The notes beneath the pieces were generated by a model. That model was not told the origin of the DNA, made no database searches, and saw only the letters and a list, made by a program, of their open reading frames with translations. A stretch of DNA of 64,000 bases, taken from NCBI RefSeq assembly GCF_965204015.1, contig NZ_OZ241965.1, positions 2,423,991-2,487,990 of the forward strand, written 5' to 3'. Positions 1 to 10,157 of the stretch are shown here, in pieces. Position numbers and translations under genes: made by a program. How positions within the stretch are numbered: the first letter of the stretch is position 1; every line of letters starts with the position of its first letter. The DNA is from Candidatus Poriferisocius sp. (GTDB lineage: Bacteria; Actinomycetota; Acidimicrobiia; Acidimicrobiales; Bin134).

Positions 1-302
1 CGGATGGCGGTCTCGCGGCCCGAGCCCGGCCCGCGGACTTCCACGTCTACTTTCCGTACCCCGTGCTCCATGGCCTTGCGGCCGGCCTGCTCGGCGGCCA
101 TCTGGGCGGCGAACGGGGTGGACTTGCGGGACCCCTTGAATCCGACATTGCCGGCTGAAGCCCAGGAGATGACGTTGCCCTGCTGGTCGGCAATGGTCAC
201 GATGGTGTTGTTGAAGGAGCTCTTGATGTGAGCCACCCCGTAGGAGATGTTCTTGCGCTCTCGACGGCGGGGTCGACGCCCTGCGGCTGATGGCTTGGCC
301 AT
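1..302 (-). CDS. rpsK: 30S ribosomal protein S11 (partial, C-terminus runs off window start)
   Basis: Not in the ORF track because it is truncated. Reverse complement from 302 reads ATG GCC AAG CCA TCA GCC ... = [41 protein letters not shown], the conserved S11 N-terminus. It lies directly downstream of rpsM. Confidence 0.9.
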   Translation of the reverse strand, partial: MAKPSAAGRRPRRRERKNISYGVAHIKSSFNNTIVTIADQQGNVISWASAGNVGFKGSRKSTPFAAQMAAEQAGRKAMEHGVRKVDVEVRGPGSGRETAI

Positions 303-339
303 TAGCGAAAAATCCCTTCTCGTCTCACTTCTTCATCGC

Positions 340-720
340 TCACTTCTTCATAACCTTTTTCTTGCCGGCGACGGTCTTCTTCGGGCCCTTGCGGGTCCGG
401 GCGTTGGTATGGGTGCGCTGGCCGCGCACGGGGAGCCCCCGGCGATGGCGCAGCCCCTGATAGCAGCCGATTTCCATCTTGCGCTTGACGTCTTGGCTGG
501 TCTCCCGGCGAAGGTCGCCTTCCACCCGGAGACTGCCCTCGATGTAGTTGCGCAGTCGGGCCACCTCTTCATCGGTGAGGTCGCGCAGTCGGGTGCTCTC
601 GTTGATATCGGTCTCGGAGCAAACCTGGCGGGCCAAAGACGGCCCGATGCCATAGATGTAGGTAAGCGAAACCACGGTCCGCTTCTCCCTCGGGATGTCG
701 ACGCCGGCGATACGAGCCAC
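340..720 (-). CDS. rpsM: 30S ribosomal protein S13
   Basis: ORF 340..720 (126 aa) [28 protein letters not shown]... is canonical S13. Synteny is rpmJ-rpsM-rpsK. Confidence 0.97.
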   Translation of the reverse strand: MARIAGVDIPREKRTVVSLTYIYGIGPSLARQVCSETDINESTRLRDLTDEEVARLRNYIEGSLRVEGDLRRETSQDVKRKMEIGCYQGLRHRRGLPVRGQRTHTNARTRKGPKKTVAGKKKVMKK

Positions 721-723
721 AGT

Positions 724-837
724 TCAGCCCTGCCGCTGCTTGTGTCGGGGGTTGGAGCAGATCACCCGCACTCGCCCATGACGGCGTATGACTCTGCACT
801 TGTCGCAGATTTTCTTGACGCTGGGACGGACTTTCAC
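724..837 (-). CDS. rpmJ: 50S ribosomal protein L36
   Basis: Too short for the ORF track. Reverse complement of 724..837 starts with GTG and gives [37 protein letters not shown] (37 aa), with the C-x2-C...C-x5-H zinc-ribbon pattern typical of L36. Confidence 0.93.
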   Translation of the reverse strand: MKVRPSVKKICDKCRVIRRHGRVRVICSNPRHKQRQG

Positions 838-871
838 GGTGTGCCTTTCGATGATCCGTTGTGCTGGCTGG

Positions 872-1096
872 CTATTTGTATCGGTAGGTGATCCGGCCCC
901 GCTGAAGGTCGTAGGGGGTCAATTCCACTTGGACCCGGTCGCCGGGGAGGATTCTGATGTAGTGCATCCGCATCTTGCCGGAGATGTGGGTCAGCACCTT
1001 GTGCCCGTTCTCGAGTTCGACCCGGAACATGGCGTTGGGAAGAGACTCGGTAACCGTCCCTTCCATGATGATGGCGTCTTCCTTGTTTTTCGCCAA
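872..1096 (-). CDS. infA: Translation initiation factor IF-1
   Basis: ORF 872..1123 contains ...[64 protein letters not shown] place the start at TTG 1096 ([10 protein letters not shown]), preceded by GGAGAGG and a 6-nt spacer. The track start at 1123 is an upstream TTG. Confidence 0.92.
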   Translation of the reverse strand: MAKNKEDAIIMEGTVTESLPNAMFRVELENGHKVLTHISGKMRMHYIRILPGDRVQVELTPYDLQRGRITYRYK

Positions 1097-1208
1097 GGGC
1101 GACCTCTCCTGACGTCTTGGCAAGCTGGTGCGGCGAACCGCGCGAATATCGGCCCACTAAGAGAGCCGAATGACTATGCTATCTGGCCCTTTCGATGCGA
1201 ACAAACTG

Positions 1209-1766
1209 CTAGAGAGCATCGATGACCTCGGCGAGGCGGGCAAACACCTCGTCTTCAGTGCCCAGCCCGTCGACCACGGTCAAACTCCCCCGCTCCTTGA
1301 ACCAGGCCAGCAATGGAGCGGTTTCAGCCTCATAGAGCTCCAGCCGGCGGGCGATGGTCTCGGCGGTGTCGTCGGCTCGGCCCCGGGCCAACATCCGCTC
1401 GGTGACCTCGTCACTGGGCACGTCGAGGTTGATGGCCAGGTCGGGCCCGTTCCCGCCGGTGATCTCGGCCAGGGCGTCGGCCTGGGCGGTGGTGCGGGGG
1501 AAGCCGTCCAACAGCACACCGTTGGCACCGATGTCGTCGTCGGCCAACCGTTCATCGACAATGCCGATCATGATGTCGTCGCCCACGAGGTCGCCGGCAT
1601 CCATCACCGCCTTGGCCCGCAGACCCAAATCGGTGCCCGCGTCCACTGCGGCCCGAAGCATGTCGCCGGTGGATACGTGGATCACGCCATAGCGTTCCGC
1701 CAGCAATGCGGCCTGGGTGCCTTTGCCTGACCCTTGACGCCCCAAAATGACCAAGACTTTGGGCAT
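1209..1766 (-). CDS. adk: Adenylate kinase (short form, no zinc lid)
   Basis: 185 aa with P-loop GRQGSGKGTQ and LLDGFPRT, and a short lid region. The start shares TAATG with the secY stop at 1766. Confidence 0.93.
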   Translation of the reverse strand: MPKVLVILGRQGSGKGTQAALLAERYGVIHVSTGDMLRAAVDAGTDLGLRAKAVMDAGDLVGDDIMIGIVDERLADDDIGANGVLLDGFPRTTAQADALAEITGGNGPDLAINLDVPSDEVTERMLARGRADDTAETIARRLELYEAETAPLLAWFKERGSLTVVDGLGTEDEVFARLAEVIDAL

Positions 1767-3115
1767 TACTTCAAGAAGCCCTCGTAGTTTCTCATCATCA
1801 GCTGGCTGTCGATCTGTTTCATGGTTTCCAGCGCCACGCCCACCGCGATGAGCACGGAGATGCCGCTGAAGCTATAGGCGGTTGCGCTCTGGCTGGGGAT
1901 GTACTGGGAGAGGGCGATGGCGGGGATGACGGCCACCGCGGCGATGAACAGCGCCCCGGGCAAGGTGATGCGCGACAGGATGCGGCCCAGGTAGCGCTCG
2001 GTCTGGCGGCCCGGTCGGATGCCGGGGATGAACCCGCCCTGCTTGCGTATCTGGTCGGCCTGCTTGACCGGGTCGAAGGTAATGGCGGTGTAGAAGTAGG
2101 CGAATCCCACGATCATCAGGGCGAATACGATCAGGTACACCGTGTCGGCCGGATCGCCCAAGTGGGTGTTCACCCAGCTCTGGACGCTTTCTCCCCAGGT
2201 GTTGTGGTCGGGGTTGGAATCAGACGGCAGCACCGCGGCCAAAAGGATCGGCAGGTACAAGACCGAGCTGGCGAAGATGATGGGGATAACACCCGACTGG
2301 TTCACCTTTAGCGGGATGTAGGTGCTCTGGCCGCCGGCCATGCGCCGGCCCACCACCCGCTTGGCGAACTGCACCGGTATCTGTCGCTGGCCGTTCTCCA
2401 CGAACACGATGGCTACCAAGAGGGCCAAGTACATGAGGGCGATCACGAACACCGCGCCCCACCCCTCGGACGCCTTCACCAGCGAGAACTGGTTGGGGAT
2501 GGTGGACACCACCGAGGCGAAGATGATCAGCGACATGCCGTTGCCGATGCCCTTTTGGGTGATGAGTTCGCCCATCCACATCAACAGAGCGGTGCCGGCG
2601 GTGAGGGTGAGCACCACCAGGAATACCCGCGGGGCGGTGAAGTTGGGCAACAGGTCGATGGCCTGGTTGGCGTTGCCGCCCGTCAGGCTGAGCCCGCCGC
2701 CTCCGTTGTGGAACAGGAAGGAGAACGAGGTGGCCTGGATGATGGCGATGGCGATGGTCAGGTACCGGGTCCACTGGGTGATCTTGCGCTGGCCCACCGC
2801 GCCCTGGTTCTGCCACTGCTCGATGCGGGGGATCACCACGCCCAGCACCTGCATGATGATGGATGCGGTGATGTAGGGGAAGATGCCCAGGGCGAAGATG
2901 GCGAACTGCGACAAGGCACCGCCGGAGAAGAAGTTCAACAACCCGGTAACGCCGCCGGCATCAGCCTGGTTGCGGAGCTGATCGACGGCGTCGAGGTCGA
3001 CGCCGGGCGAGGGGATGGCCACGCCGAGTCGGAAGATGACCAGCATCGACAGGGTGAACAGGATCTTGTTCCGAAGATCTGCGACCCGGAACATATTCGT
3101 CACCCTGGTGAGCAC
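1766..3115 (-). CDS. secY: Preprotein translocase subunit SecY
   Basis: 449-aa polytopic membrane protein in the conserved position between rplO and adk, with typical SecY sequence (…GIFPYITASIIMQ…). Confidence 0.96.
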   Translation of the reverse strand: MLTRVTNMFRVADLRNKILFTLSMLVIFRLGVAIPSPGVDLDAVDQLRNQADAGGVTGLLNFFSGGALSQFAIFALGIFPYITASIIMQVLGVVIPRIEQWQNQGAVGQRKITQWTRYLTIAIAIIQATSFSFLFHNGGGGLSLTGGNANQAIDLLPNFTAPRVFLVVLTLTAGTALLMWMGELITQKGIGNGMSLIIFASVVSTIPNQFSLVKASEGWGAVFVIALMYLALLVAIVFVENGQRQIPVQFAKRVVGRRMAGGQSTYIPLKVNQSGVIPIIFASSVLYLPILLAAVLPSDSNPDHNTWGESVQSWVNTHLGDPADTVYLIVFALMIVGFAYFYTAITFDPVKQADQIRKQGGFIPGIRPGRQTERYLGRILSRITLPGALFIAAVAVIPAIALSQYIPSQSATAYSFSGISVLIAVGVALETMKQIDSQLMMRNYEGFLK

Positions 3116-3151
3116 GGCGTCTCCTACCCCATCGACCTTGTCAGGCTTCGG

Positions 3152-3637
3152 CTATCGGTTGGTTAGGGCGTTGCCCTTGGCCGGGGGCCGCCCGGTGAAG
3201 GGCTTGGGCAACACCTCTACGCTACCGCCTGCGGCGGTGATGGCCGCTTTCGCCGACTCGGAGAATCCGTGGGCCTTTACGGTGACCGCTCGGGTCAGCT
3301 CACCTCGGCCCAGCACCTTGGCCAATGCGCCCTTGTGCAAAAGCCCGTGCTCGTGCAGGACTTCAGGAGTGATCTCGTCGAGCCCGGTGGCCTCGATCAC
3401 GTCCAGGTTGATGGCCTGGTACTCCACCCGAAACGGGTTCTTGAACCCCCGCAGCTTGGGCACCCGGCGGGCCAGTGGCATCTGGCCGCCCTCGAAGCCG
3501 ACGGGGATCTTGCTCCGAGCCCGCTGGCCCTTCATGCCCCGGCCCGCGGTCTTCCCGCCCTTGCCGGCGATGCCCCGAGCTTTGCGCTGCGGCCGCTTGC
3601 GAGAGCCGGGAGCTGGTTTCAGATCGTGGACCTTCAT
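3152..3637 (-). CDS. rplO: 50S ribosomal protein L15
   Basis: ORF 3152..3658. The L15 N-terminus MKVHDLKPAPGSRKRPQRKARG begins at ATG 3637, overlapping the rpmD stop (3634). Confidence 0.93.
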   Translation of the reverse strand: MKVHDLKPAPGSRKRPQRKARGIAGKGGKTAGRGMKGQRARSKIPVGFEGGQMPLARRVPKLRGFKNPFRVEYQAINLDVIEATGLDEITPEVLHEHGLLHKGALAKVLGRGELTRAVTVKAHGFSESAKAAITAAGGSVEVLPKPFTGRPPAKGNALTNR

Positions 3638-3819
3638 GATTCGTCGGTCTCCTCCCAAGAAATCAGGTGGGCCACCTTGTCGATCATCCCCCTGATCTCA
3701 GGGGCGTCCGGCAGGGTGTTGGTCTGCCCGATGCCCCGCAAGCCCAATGCCCGCAGCGTGCCCCGCTGCTTGGGCCGTGTGCCAATCTGCGAACGAATCT
3801 GGGTGACCTTGATAGCCAT
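3634..3819 (-). CDS. rpmD: 50S ribosomal protein L30
   Basis: The last 61 aa of shadow-extended ORF 3634..4032 are MAIKVTQIRSQIGTRPKQRGTLRALGLRGIGQTNTLPDAPEIRGMIDKVAHLISWEETDES. ATG at 3819. Confidence 0.93.
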   Translation of the reverse strand: MAIKVTQIRSQIGTRPKQRGTLRALGLRGIGQTNTLPDAPEIRGMIDKVAHLISWEETDES

Positions 3820-3824
3820 GGCGC

Positions 3825-4418
3825 CTACTCCTCGTCTTCCACCGCGGCGGCGGCCGCGGCGGCGGATGTGCGCTCCGATTCCCGATAGGCGGCCAGCAGT
3901 CCGGCGGGCACGAACTCGTCGGCCGGAATGCCCCGGTGGCGGGCCACCTCGTCGGGGCGCTTGAGGGCCTTGAGTCCGGCAATGGTGGCTCGGGCCACGT
4001 TGATGTGGTTGGGCGAGCCCAGCGACTTGCACAGCACGTCGCCGATGCCAGCCTCTTCCAAGATGGCCCGAGCGGCGCCACCAGCAATCACGCCGGTACC
4101 GGGGGCAGCCGGCTTGAGCAGCACCCGCCCGGCCCCCATCTCGCCGATAACCGGATGGGTGATGGTGGAGGAGGCCAGCGGTACCCGGAACAGGTTGCGG
4201 CGGGCTTCCTCGGTGCCCTTCTGAATGGCCAGGGGCACCTCTTTGGCCTTGCCGTAGCCCAGCCCGACCCGTCCCGCGCCGTCGCCGATCACCACCAGGG
4301 CGGTGAAGGAAAACCGGCGTCCGCCCTTGACCACCTTGGCCACCCGGTTGATGTTTATGACCCGAGAGTCGCGCAGCTGGGCGTCGCCGGTTGGAGTTGG
4401 GGTTGAGGTATCAGTCAT
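3825..4418 (-). CDS. rpsE: 30S ribosomal protein S5
   Basis: 197 aa, ...[25 protein letters not shown]...[20 protein letters not shown]..., canonical S5. Confidence 0.96.
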   Translation of the reverse strand: MTDTSTPTPTGDAQLRDSRVININRVAKVVKGGRRFSFTALVVIGDGAGRVGLGYGKAKEVPLAIQKGTEEARRNLFRVPLASSTITHPVIGEMGAGRVLLKPAAPGTGVIAGGAARAILEEAGIGDVLCKSLGSPNHINVARATIAGLKALKRPDEVARHRGIPADEFVPAGLLAAYRESERTSAAAAAAAVEDEE

Positions 4419-4780
4419 CAGAACTCCAGTCCAGCTTCTCGAGCTGAATCAGCCAGGGCGGCAACTCGTCCGTGGTAGCGGAAGCCGCCCCGGTCGAACA
4501 CCACCGCAGTGATGTCCTTCTCTTTGGCCCGTTCGGCGATGAGCTTGCCCACCACCGCTGCCCCGGCCATGTTGCCAGTCGGCCCGGACCGCAGCTCAGA
4601 CTCGGTTGTGGAGGCCGACGCGATGGTGTGGCCCGCACCGTCGTCGATGAGTTGGGCGATGATGTGGCGGTTTGACCGGTACACGGCCAAGCGGGGACGT
4701 TCGGCGGTGCCTTGGATCTTCTTGCGGACCCGGCGATGGCGCCGGACCCGGCTCTGGTGCTTGTGCTTGACGCTGCTCAT
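4418..4780 (-). CDS. rplR: 50S ribosomal protein L18
   Basis: 120 aa with a basic N-terminus and ...[20 protein letters not shown]...[28 protein letters not shown]. Confidence 0.95.
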   Translation of the reverse strand: MSSVKHKHQSRVRRHRRVRKKIQGTAERPRLAVYRSNRHIIAQLIDDGAGHTIASASTTESELRSGPTGNMAGAAVVGKLIAERAKEKDITAVVFDRGGFRYHGRVAALADSAREAGLEF

Positions 4781-4795
4781 GTCTCTTCCCGTGCC

Positions 4796-5335
4796 CTACT
4801 TGGCCGCTTTACCGGCTTTTCTAATGATCCGCTCTCCGGCGTAGCGGATGCCCTTGCCCCGATAGGGCTCAGGCTTGCGGATGGACCGGATGTCGGCGGC
4901 CACTTGGCCGACTGCTTGTTTGTCGAAGCCCAGCACGTGGATGCTCGTCTGGTTGGGCACCTCGAACGTCACGCCGTCAGGCGCCTCGACGTACACCGGG
5001 TGGCTGAACCCCAACTGCAACTCGATCTTGCCGGCGCCTTGGGCGATAGCCCGATAGCCCACCCCCACGATCTCGAGTTCTTTGCGGTAGCCCTCGCTGA
5101 CACCGGTGACCATGTTGGCCAACAGCGACCGGCTCAGCCCGTGCAGCGCCTTGGTATTGCGCTGCTCGTCGGCCCGCTCGACGACGACGAACCCGTCCTC
5201 GATTCGAGCCGAGATGGTCTCGGGAAGGTCGTGCTCCAGTGAGCCTCGTTTGCCGGTAACCGTGACATGGGCGCCGTCGATGGCGATGTCCACGCCGTCG
5301 GGCACCGGTATGGGGTTCATTCCAACTCGTGACAC
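4796..5335 (-). CDS. rplF: 50S ribosomal protein L6
   Basis: 179 aa, MSRVGMNPIPVPDGVDIAIDGAHVTVTGKRG...EPYRGKGIRYAGE. Confidence 0.96.
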   Translation of the reverse strand: MSRVGMNPIPVPDGVDIAIDGAHVTVTGKRGSLEHDLPETISARIEDGFVVVERADEQRNTKALHGLSRSLLANMVTGVSEGYRKELEIVGVGYRAIAQGAGKIELQLGFSHPVYVEAPDGVTFEVPNQTSIHVLGFDKQAVGQVAADIRSIRKPEPYRGKGIRYAGERIIRKAGKAAK

Positions 5336-5345
5336 CGCGGGCCTC

Positions 5346-5750
5346 CTACCAGACCACGCAGACGACTTCGCCGCCGATGCGGCGGCGGCGAGCCTCGCGG
5401 TCGCTCATCAATCCCTTGCTGGTGGACACGATGGCCACCCCCAGCCCGCCGAGCACCCGGGGGATGCCGTCCGACTTGGAGTAGACCCGCAGGCCGGGCT
5501 TGGACACCCGGGTGATCCCGGAGATGACCCGCTCCCGCTGGTCGGAGTACTTCATGTCGATGGTGAGGGTCTGCCCGGGGCCGCGCTCGGCCTCGGCCAC
5601 CTCGAAGTTGTCGATGTAGCCCTCTTTCTTCAGGACGCCGGCCAGCGCCACCTTCATCTTGGAGGACGGCATCTTCACCTCGTCGCGCATGGCGGTGTTG
5701 GCGTTGCGGATGCGAGTCAACATGTCGGCGATGGGGTCGGTCATAGTCAC
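5346..5750 (-). CDS. rpsH: 30S ribosomal protein S8
   Basis: 134 aa, [20 protein letters not shown]...GGEVVCVVW. Confidence 0.96.
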   Translation of the reverse strand: MTMTDPIADMLTRIRNANTAMRDEVKMPSSKMKVALAGVLKKEGYIDNFEVAEAERGPGQTLTIDMKYSDQRERVISGITRVSKPGLRVYSKSDGIPRVLGGLGVAIVSTSKGLMSDREARRRRIGGEVVCVVW

Positions 5751-5762
5751 AGTCGCATCACC

Positions 5763-5948
5763 TCACCAGCTCGCTTTGGTCAGGCCGGGGATCTCGCCGG
5801 CGTGGGCCAGCTCCCTCAGGCATACCCGGCAGAGGCCGAATTTGCGGTACACAGCCCGGGGGCGGCCGCAACGGCGACAACGGGTGTAGGCCCGCACCTT
5901 GAACTTGGGCGTTCGCTGTTGTTTTTGGACAAGTGCCTTTTTTGCCAT
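5763..5948 (-). CDS. rpsN: 30S ribosomal protein S14, type Z (zinc-binding short form)
   Basis: 61 aa, [61 protein letters not shown], with CxxC...CxxC. Confidence 0.95.
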   Translation of the reverse strand: MAKKALVQKQQRTPKFKVRAYTRCRRCGRPRAVYRKFGLCRVCLRELAHAGEIPGLTKASW

Positions 5949-5952
5949 TGAG

Positions 5953-6522
5953 TTACTGTTCCTCGGCTTGGAATGGGAACGAGAAGGCCTCGAGCAGCGC
6001 TCGGCCCTCCTCGTCGGTGCTTGCGGTAGTGACGATCGTGATGTCCATGCCCCTGACGGTGTCGATGGAGTCGTAGTCGACCTCAGGGAAGATGAGCTGC
6101 TCGGTGACCCCGAACGAGTAGTTGCCGTTCCCGTCGAAGGATCGGGGCGAGAGGCCGCGGAAGTCCCGGATGCGGGGAATGGCCAGGTTGATGAGCCGGT
6201 CCAGGAATTCCCACATGCGGGGACCTCGGAGGGTGACCTTGGCCCCGATGGGGTTCCCCTCGCGGATCTTGAAGTTGGCGATGGACTTCTTGGCCCGAGT
6301 GATAATGGGGCGCTGTCCGGCGATGATGGTCAGGTCGGCCACCGCTCCATCGAGCAGCTTGGCTTGGGCCACGGCTTCGCCCACGCCCATGTTCAAGACG
6401 ATCTTCTCGAAGCGGGGCACCTGCATGACGTTGTCGAGCTCTAGATCCTCTTTGAGCTGGTCGCGGATCTCTTCCCGGTACAGGGTTTGGAGCCGGGGGG
6501 CGGCTGCGGTTGCGGCGGCCAT
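5953..6522 (-). CDS. rplE: 50S ribosomal protein L5
   Basis: 189 aa, ...[16 protein letters not shown]...[21 protein letters not shown].... Confidence 0.96.
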   Translation of the reverse strand: MAAATAAAPRLQTLYREEIRDQLKEDLELDNVMQVPRFEKIVLNMGVGEAVAQAKLLDGAVADLTIIAGQRPIITRAKKSIANFKIREGNPIGAKVTLRGPRMWEFLDRLINLAIPRIRDFRGLSPRSFDGNGNYSFGVTEQLIFPEVDYDSIDTVRGMDITIVTTASTDEEGRALLEAFSFPFQAEEQ

Positions 6523-6830
6523 TACAGATCAACTCCGGTACGACGGCAGACTCGGATCTTTCGGCCGTCGGTGTCGAAGCGGTATCCCACTCGGGTGGGG
6601 CGGCCGTCGGCGGGGCTGATCACGGCCACATTGGAGACCTTGATGGGCATCTCCTTGTCGATGATGCCGGTCTGCATGATCCCCTGGCGGGGACCCTGGT
6701 GCTTGGTGGCGATGTTCACGCCGTCCACGATCACCGTCCCCTCAGTGGGAAAGGCGAACATGACTTCGCCTTCCTTGCCCCGGTCTTTTCCGTTGAGCAC
6801 CCGGACTCGGTCTCCTTTGCGAATCTTCAT
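6522..6830 (-). CDS. rplX: 50S ribosomal protein L24
   Basis: The last 102 aa of ORF 6522..7145 are [23 protein letters not shown]... (KOW motif). ATG at 6830. The longer ORF is a frame extension across rplN. Confidence 0.94.
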   Translation of the reverse strand: MKIRKGDRVRVLNGKDRGKEGEVMFAFPTEGTVIVDGVNIATKHQGPRQGIMQTGIIDKEMPIKVSNVAVISPADGRPTRVGYRFDTDGRKIRVCRRTGVDL

Positions 6831-6835
6831 GGCAG

Positions 6836-7204
6836 CTACAGCACCTCCGGTGCGAGCGACACAATGCGCATGAACCGCTTGTCCCGCAGCTCCCGCCCCA
6901 CCGGGCCGAAAATGCGGGTTCCCCGCGGCTGGAGCTGATCGTTGATGAGCACGGCGGCGTTCTCGTCGAAGCGGATGTAGGAGCCGTCCTTGCGCCGCTT
7001 CTCCTTCTTGGCCCGGACCAGCACGCAGCGCACCACGTCGCCCTTGCTGACTGCGGCACCGGGCATGGCGTCTTTGACGGTGGCCACAAACACATCGCCG
7101 ATGGTGGCGTAGCGCTTGCGGGAGGAGCCCAGCACCCGAATGCACAGCACCTCTTTGGCCCCGGAGTTGTCGGCCACTTTAACCCGGGTTTCTTGCTGGA
7201 TCAT
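6836..7204 (-). CDS. rplN: 50S ribosomal protein L14
   Basis: [28 protein letters not shown]... starts at ATG 7204 and overlaps the rpsQ stop (7201). Confidence 0.96.
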   Translation of the reverse strand: MIQQETRVKVADNSGAKEVLCIRVLGSSRKRYATIGDVFVATVKDAMPGAAVSKGDVVRCVLVRAKKEKRRKDGSYIRFDENAAVLINDQLQPRGTRIFGPVGRELRDKRFMRIVSLAPEVL

Positions 7205-7503
7205 CGTGCCCGCTCCACTACTTCGAGTAGCCGCCACCGCTTGTTCTTGGACAGCGGACGGGTTTCCTGGACCCGCACCCGGTCGCCCACCGCGAGCTGG
7301 TTGGTCTCGTCGTGGACGTACAAGCGGGTGGTACGCCGCACGGTCTTGTTGTATCGGCGATGGCGGACGCGATCGGTAGTTGACACCACCGCGGTCTTGT
7401 CCATGGCAACCGACACCACCATTCCCTCCCGCACCTTGCGGCCGTTGGGCCGGGGGGCGGGCTGCGCTTCCGTCGTCGGATCAGAAATTGTGGGGTCAGA
7501 CAT
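7201..7503 (-). CDS. rpsQ: 30S ribosomal protein S17
   Basis: 100 aa, ...[46 protein letters not shown].... Confidence 0.94.
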   Translation of the reverse strand: MSDPTISDPTTEAQPAPRPNGRKVREGMVVSVAMDKTAVVSTTDRVRHRRYNKTVRRTTRLYVHDETNQLAVGDRVRVQETRPLSKNKRWRLLEVVERAR

Positions 7504-7720
7504 TTTCAGCCTCCAGGGCTTCGGCAGCTTCGATCTCCCGCATGCGCAACTCGGTCATGGCCCGGGCCACTTCCTTTTTGGCCTGCTTAAGGCGGGCGGT
7601 GTTGTCCAAACGACCGGTGACGATTTGGAAACGGAGCTTGAACACCTCTTCTTTGGCCTCGTCCAGCCGCTCGATGAGCTCGGCGTCGCTGAGGCCTTGC
7701 CAGGTCGCTTTGCGGGCCAT
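7496..7720 (-). CDS. rpmC: 50S ribosomal protein L29
   Basis: The last 74 aa of ORF 7496..8020 are MARKATWQGLSDAELIERLDEAKEEVFKLRFQIVTGRLDNTARLKQAKKEVARAMTELR.... ATG at 7720. Confidence 0.93.
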   Translation of the reverse strand: MARKATWQGLSDAELIERLDEAKEEVFKLRFQIVTGRLDNTARLKQAKKEVARAMTELRMREIEAAEALEAENV

Positions 7721-7722
7721 CG

Positions 7723-8139
7723 CTACCACCCTTCCCGGCGCTCGACGAAACGAGCCTTGACGGGGAGCTTCTGGATTCCCCGCTCGATGGCCGTGCGGGC
7801 CATCTCTCGGTCGTGGTAGGAGAGCTCGAACAGGATGCGGCCGGGTTTCACCACGGCCACCCAGCGCTCCGGGTTGCCCTTGCCCGAGCCCATGCGGGTC
7901 TCTGCCGGTTTCTCGGTAACCGGCTTGTCGGGGAAGATGTTGATCCAAACCTTGCCGCCCCGGCGGATGTGCCGGGTGATGGCGATACGGGTGGCCTCGA
8001 TCTGCCGGGCGGTGATCCACCCCGGCTCCAGGGCCTGAATGCCGTACTCACCGAAGTTCACGCTGGTCGCACCCTTGGCGTGGCCCTTGGTGCGGCCGCG
8101 ATGGTGTTTGCGGTGCTTGACCTTCTTGGGCATCAACAT
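7723..8139 (-). CDS. rplP: 50S ribosomal protein L16
   Basis: 138 aa, [38 protein letters not shown].... Confidence 0.96.
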   Translation of the reverse strand: MLMPKKVKHRKHHRGRTKGHAKGATSVNFGEYGIQALEPGWITARQIEATRIAITRHIRRGGKVWINIFPDKPVTEKPAETRMGSGKGNPERWVAVVKPGRILFELSYHDREMARTAIERGIQKLPVKARFVERREGW

Positions 8140-8145
8140 GGCTCG

Positions 8146-9048
8146 TCAGTCCCCATCGCCTGGCCGGAAGTGCGGTGTCTCGCGGTGCTCGCGAGTGGTG
8201 CGGAGGATGTCCTCCTCCTCCTCGAGCAGCTTCTCGAACTCGGGGTCGGCCTCTTTGATCAACGGGGCGGGCTCTTCGGTTTCCTCAGGGCGGTCCACAT
8301 CCCCCTGGCGCCGGGCCGCCGCCGACGACACCACAGTCCGGGGCCTCTGCGAGCCGGAGGCTTCCCCGACTGCCATGGCCGCCTCGCGGCTGATCTTGTC
8401 TTCGGCCTGAGTCTTGTAGGGCAATATGTCGCCCTTGTAGATCCACACCTTCACCCCAATGCGGCCGTAAGTGGTGTGAGCCTCTCGGAAGCCGTAGTCG
8501 ATGTCGGCCCGCAGGGTGTGCAGGGGAACTCGGCCTTCCCGGTACCACTCGGTGCGGGCCATCTCTGAGCCGCCCAAGCGGCCCGAGCACTGCACCCGAA
8601 TGCCGAGAGCTCCGGCCTTCTGGGCATTTTGGACCGCTCGCTTCATGGCCCGGCGGAAGGCCACTCGGTTGGCCAGCTGGTCGGCCACTCCCTGGGAGAT
8701 GAGGGCGGCGTCCAACTCGGGCTGCTTGATTTCCTGGATGTTGAGCTGCACCCGGTTGTTGCCGGTGATCTTGGCCAGGCCGTTGCGGAGCCGGTCGGCT
8801 TCGCTGCCTCGCCTACCGATGACGATTCCCGGCCGGGCGGTGTGGACGTCTACCCGCAGTCGGTCGCGGGTGCGCTCGATTTCGATGCGGCTGATGGCGG
8901 CGTGAGGCAGCTCCGACATCAAGTAGTCGCGAACCTTCCAGTCCTCGATGATGAAGTCGCCGTACTCCCGCCGGTTGGCGAACCAACGCGACTTCCAGTC
9001 GGTGGTGACCCCGAGTCGGAACCCGTAAGGATTGATCTTCTGGCCCAT
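8146..9048 (-). CDS. rpsC: 30S ribosomal protein S3 (with charged C-terminal tail)
   Basis: 300 aa, [24 protein letters not shown]..., with KH and S3-C domains followed by a roughly 70-aa charged tail. Confidence 0.95.
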   Translation of the reverse strand: MGQKINPYGFRLGVTTDWKSRWFANRREYGDFIIEDWKVRDYLMSELPHAAISRIEIERTRDRLRVDVHTARPGIVIGRRGSEADRLRNGLAKITGNNRVQLNIQEIKQPELDAALISQGVADQLANRVAFRRAMKRAVQNAQKAGALGIRVQCSGRLGGSEMARTEWYREGRVPLHTLRADIDYGFREAHTTYGRIGVKVWIYKGDILPYKTQAEDKISREAAMAVGEASGSQRPRTVVSSAAARRQGDVDRPEETEEPAPLIKEADPEFEKLLEEEEDILRTTREHRETPHFRPGDGD

Positions 9049-9851
9049 CAGGATTCCTTCTCGTCTTCTTCTTCGGCTTCGGTCTCGGTCTCGTCGTCTT
9101 CTTCGGCGACAGCTTCGGCGTCGGTCTCGGCCTCTTCAGTCTCTTCTTCGACGACAGCTTCGGCGTCGGTCTCGGCCTCTTCAGTCTCTTCTTCGACGAC
9201 AGCTTCGGCGTCGGTCTCGGCCTCTTCGGTCTCTGCTTCAGAGACAGCCTCGCCTTCATCCTCGAACGCCTCTGCGTCCTCGTCGAGCTCTTCGAAGTCG
9301 TCTTCGAAGTCGTCGACGTCGTCGGTCGCCTCGAGATCGTCCTCGTCATGATCTTGGTGTTCGGCCCGCTCGGCGTCGCGCTCTCGGCTGGCCGCCACCC
9401 GCCGCCGGCGAGCTTCGGCGGCCGAGCTGCGCCGACCGGTGCCCTTCAGGGCCATGCGGGCGTCGATGGCAGCCAATTCCTCATCGGAGTAGCGGGCCAC
9501 AACCACGGTGATGTGGCAAGTCCGCTTGCGAATGCGGGTGGCCCGGCCCCGGGCTCGGGGCCGCCAGCGCTTCAGCGTGGGGCCCTCGTCGGCGTAGCAG
9601 GCGGCGATGAACAGCTCGTCGCCGTCGAGCTCGTCGTTGTGCTCGGCGTTGGCCACCGCGGAGTCGAGGCACTTGGCGATGGTGTCGGAGATGCGCCGCT
9701 CCGAGAAGGTCAGAATCTCCCGGGCTTCGGCGTATGACTTCCCTCGCACCAGGTCGAGCACTTCCCGGGCCTTGAAGGCCGAGGAGCGCACGTACTTGGC
9801 CACTGCCCGGCTGCCCGGCCGGGTCTCGGCGCCCACGGTGACCGCGGTCAT
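9048..9851 (-). CDS. rplV: 50S ribosomal protein L22 with long acidic repeat-containing C-terminal extension
   Basis: The L22 core begins [47 protein letters not shown] at ATG 9851 (ATGA overlap with the rpsS stop). The track ORF 9048..10031 runs upstream out of frame over rpsS. Total 267 aa, and the last ~110 aa are D/E-rich. Confidence 0.9.
   Translation of the reverse strand: MTAVTVGAETRPGSRAVAKYVRSSAFKAREVLDLVRGKSYAEAREILTFSERRISDTIAKCLDSAVANAEHNDELDGDELFIAACYADEGPTLKRWRPRARGRATRIRKRTCHITVVVARYSDEELAAIDARMALKGTGRRSSAAEARRRRVAASRERDAERAEHQDHDEDDLEATDDVDDFEDDFEELDEDAEAFEDEGEAVSEAETEEAETDAEAVVEEETEEAETDAEAVVEEETEEAETDAEAVAEEDDETETEAEEEDEKES
9107..9241. repeat. 45-bp tandem repeat x3 inside the rplV tail (encodes [15 protein letters not shown] x3)
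   Basis: Units are 9107-9151, 9152-9196 and 9197-9241. The first two are identical by eye and the third diverges at its end. The repeat is in frame with rplV. Confidence 0.9.
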
Positions 9852-10129
9852 CAGCGACGGACTCCCCGCTCTTGGCCGGCGTGGGCCCGGAATGTGCGGG
9901 TGGGGGCGAACTCGCCCAGCTTGTGACCCACCATCGACTCGGTGATGTAGACCGGCACGTGCTTGCGGCCGTCGTGGACCGCGATGGTGTGGCCCACCAT
10001 GTCGGGGATGATGGTGGAACGGCGGGACCAAGTGCGGATGACCTGCTTGGTGTTCTCGTCGTTGAGCGCGTCGACTTTGCGCAGTAGGTGGCCGTCGACG
10101 AACGGGCCTTTCTTCAAACTCCTGGGCAT
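9851..10129 (-). CDS. rpsS: 30S ribosomal protein S19
   Basis: 92 aa, [23 protein letters not shown]...[35 protein letters not shown]. Confidence 0.96.
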   Translation of the reverse strand: MPRSLKKGPFVDGHLLRKVDALNDENTKQVIRTWSRRSTIIPDMVGHTIAVHDGRKHVPVYITESMVGHKLGEFAPTRTFRAHAGQERGVRR

Positions 10130-10157
10130 AAGGGGTCCCTCCTTTCGGTCTCGCGTC

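Noticed and set aside
1124-1208. Missing map (methionine aminopeptidase) between adk and infA
   Set aside because: Only 112 bp separate adk and infA, so map is simply not in this cluster. Its position varies among bacteria, so on its own this is not noteworthy.
9107-9241. Non-coding minisatellite or CRISPR-like repeat
   Set aside because: The three 45-bp units are in frame with rplV and encode a coherent acidic peptide repeat, so this is a coding tandem repeat.
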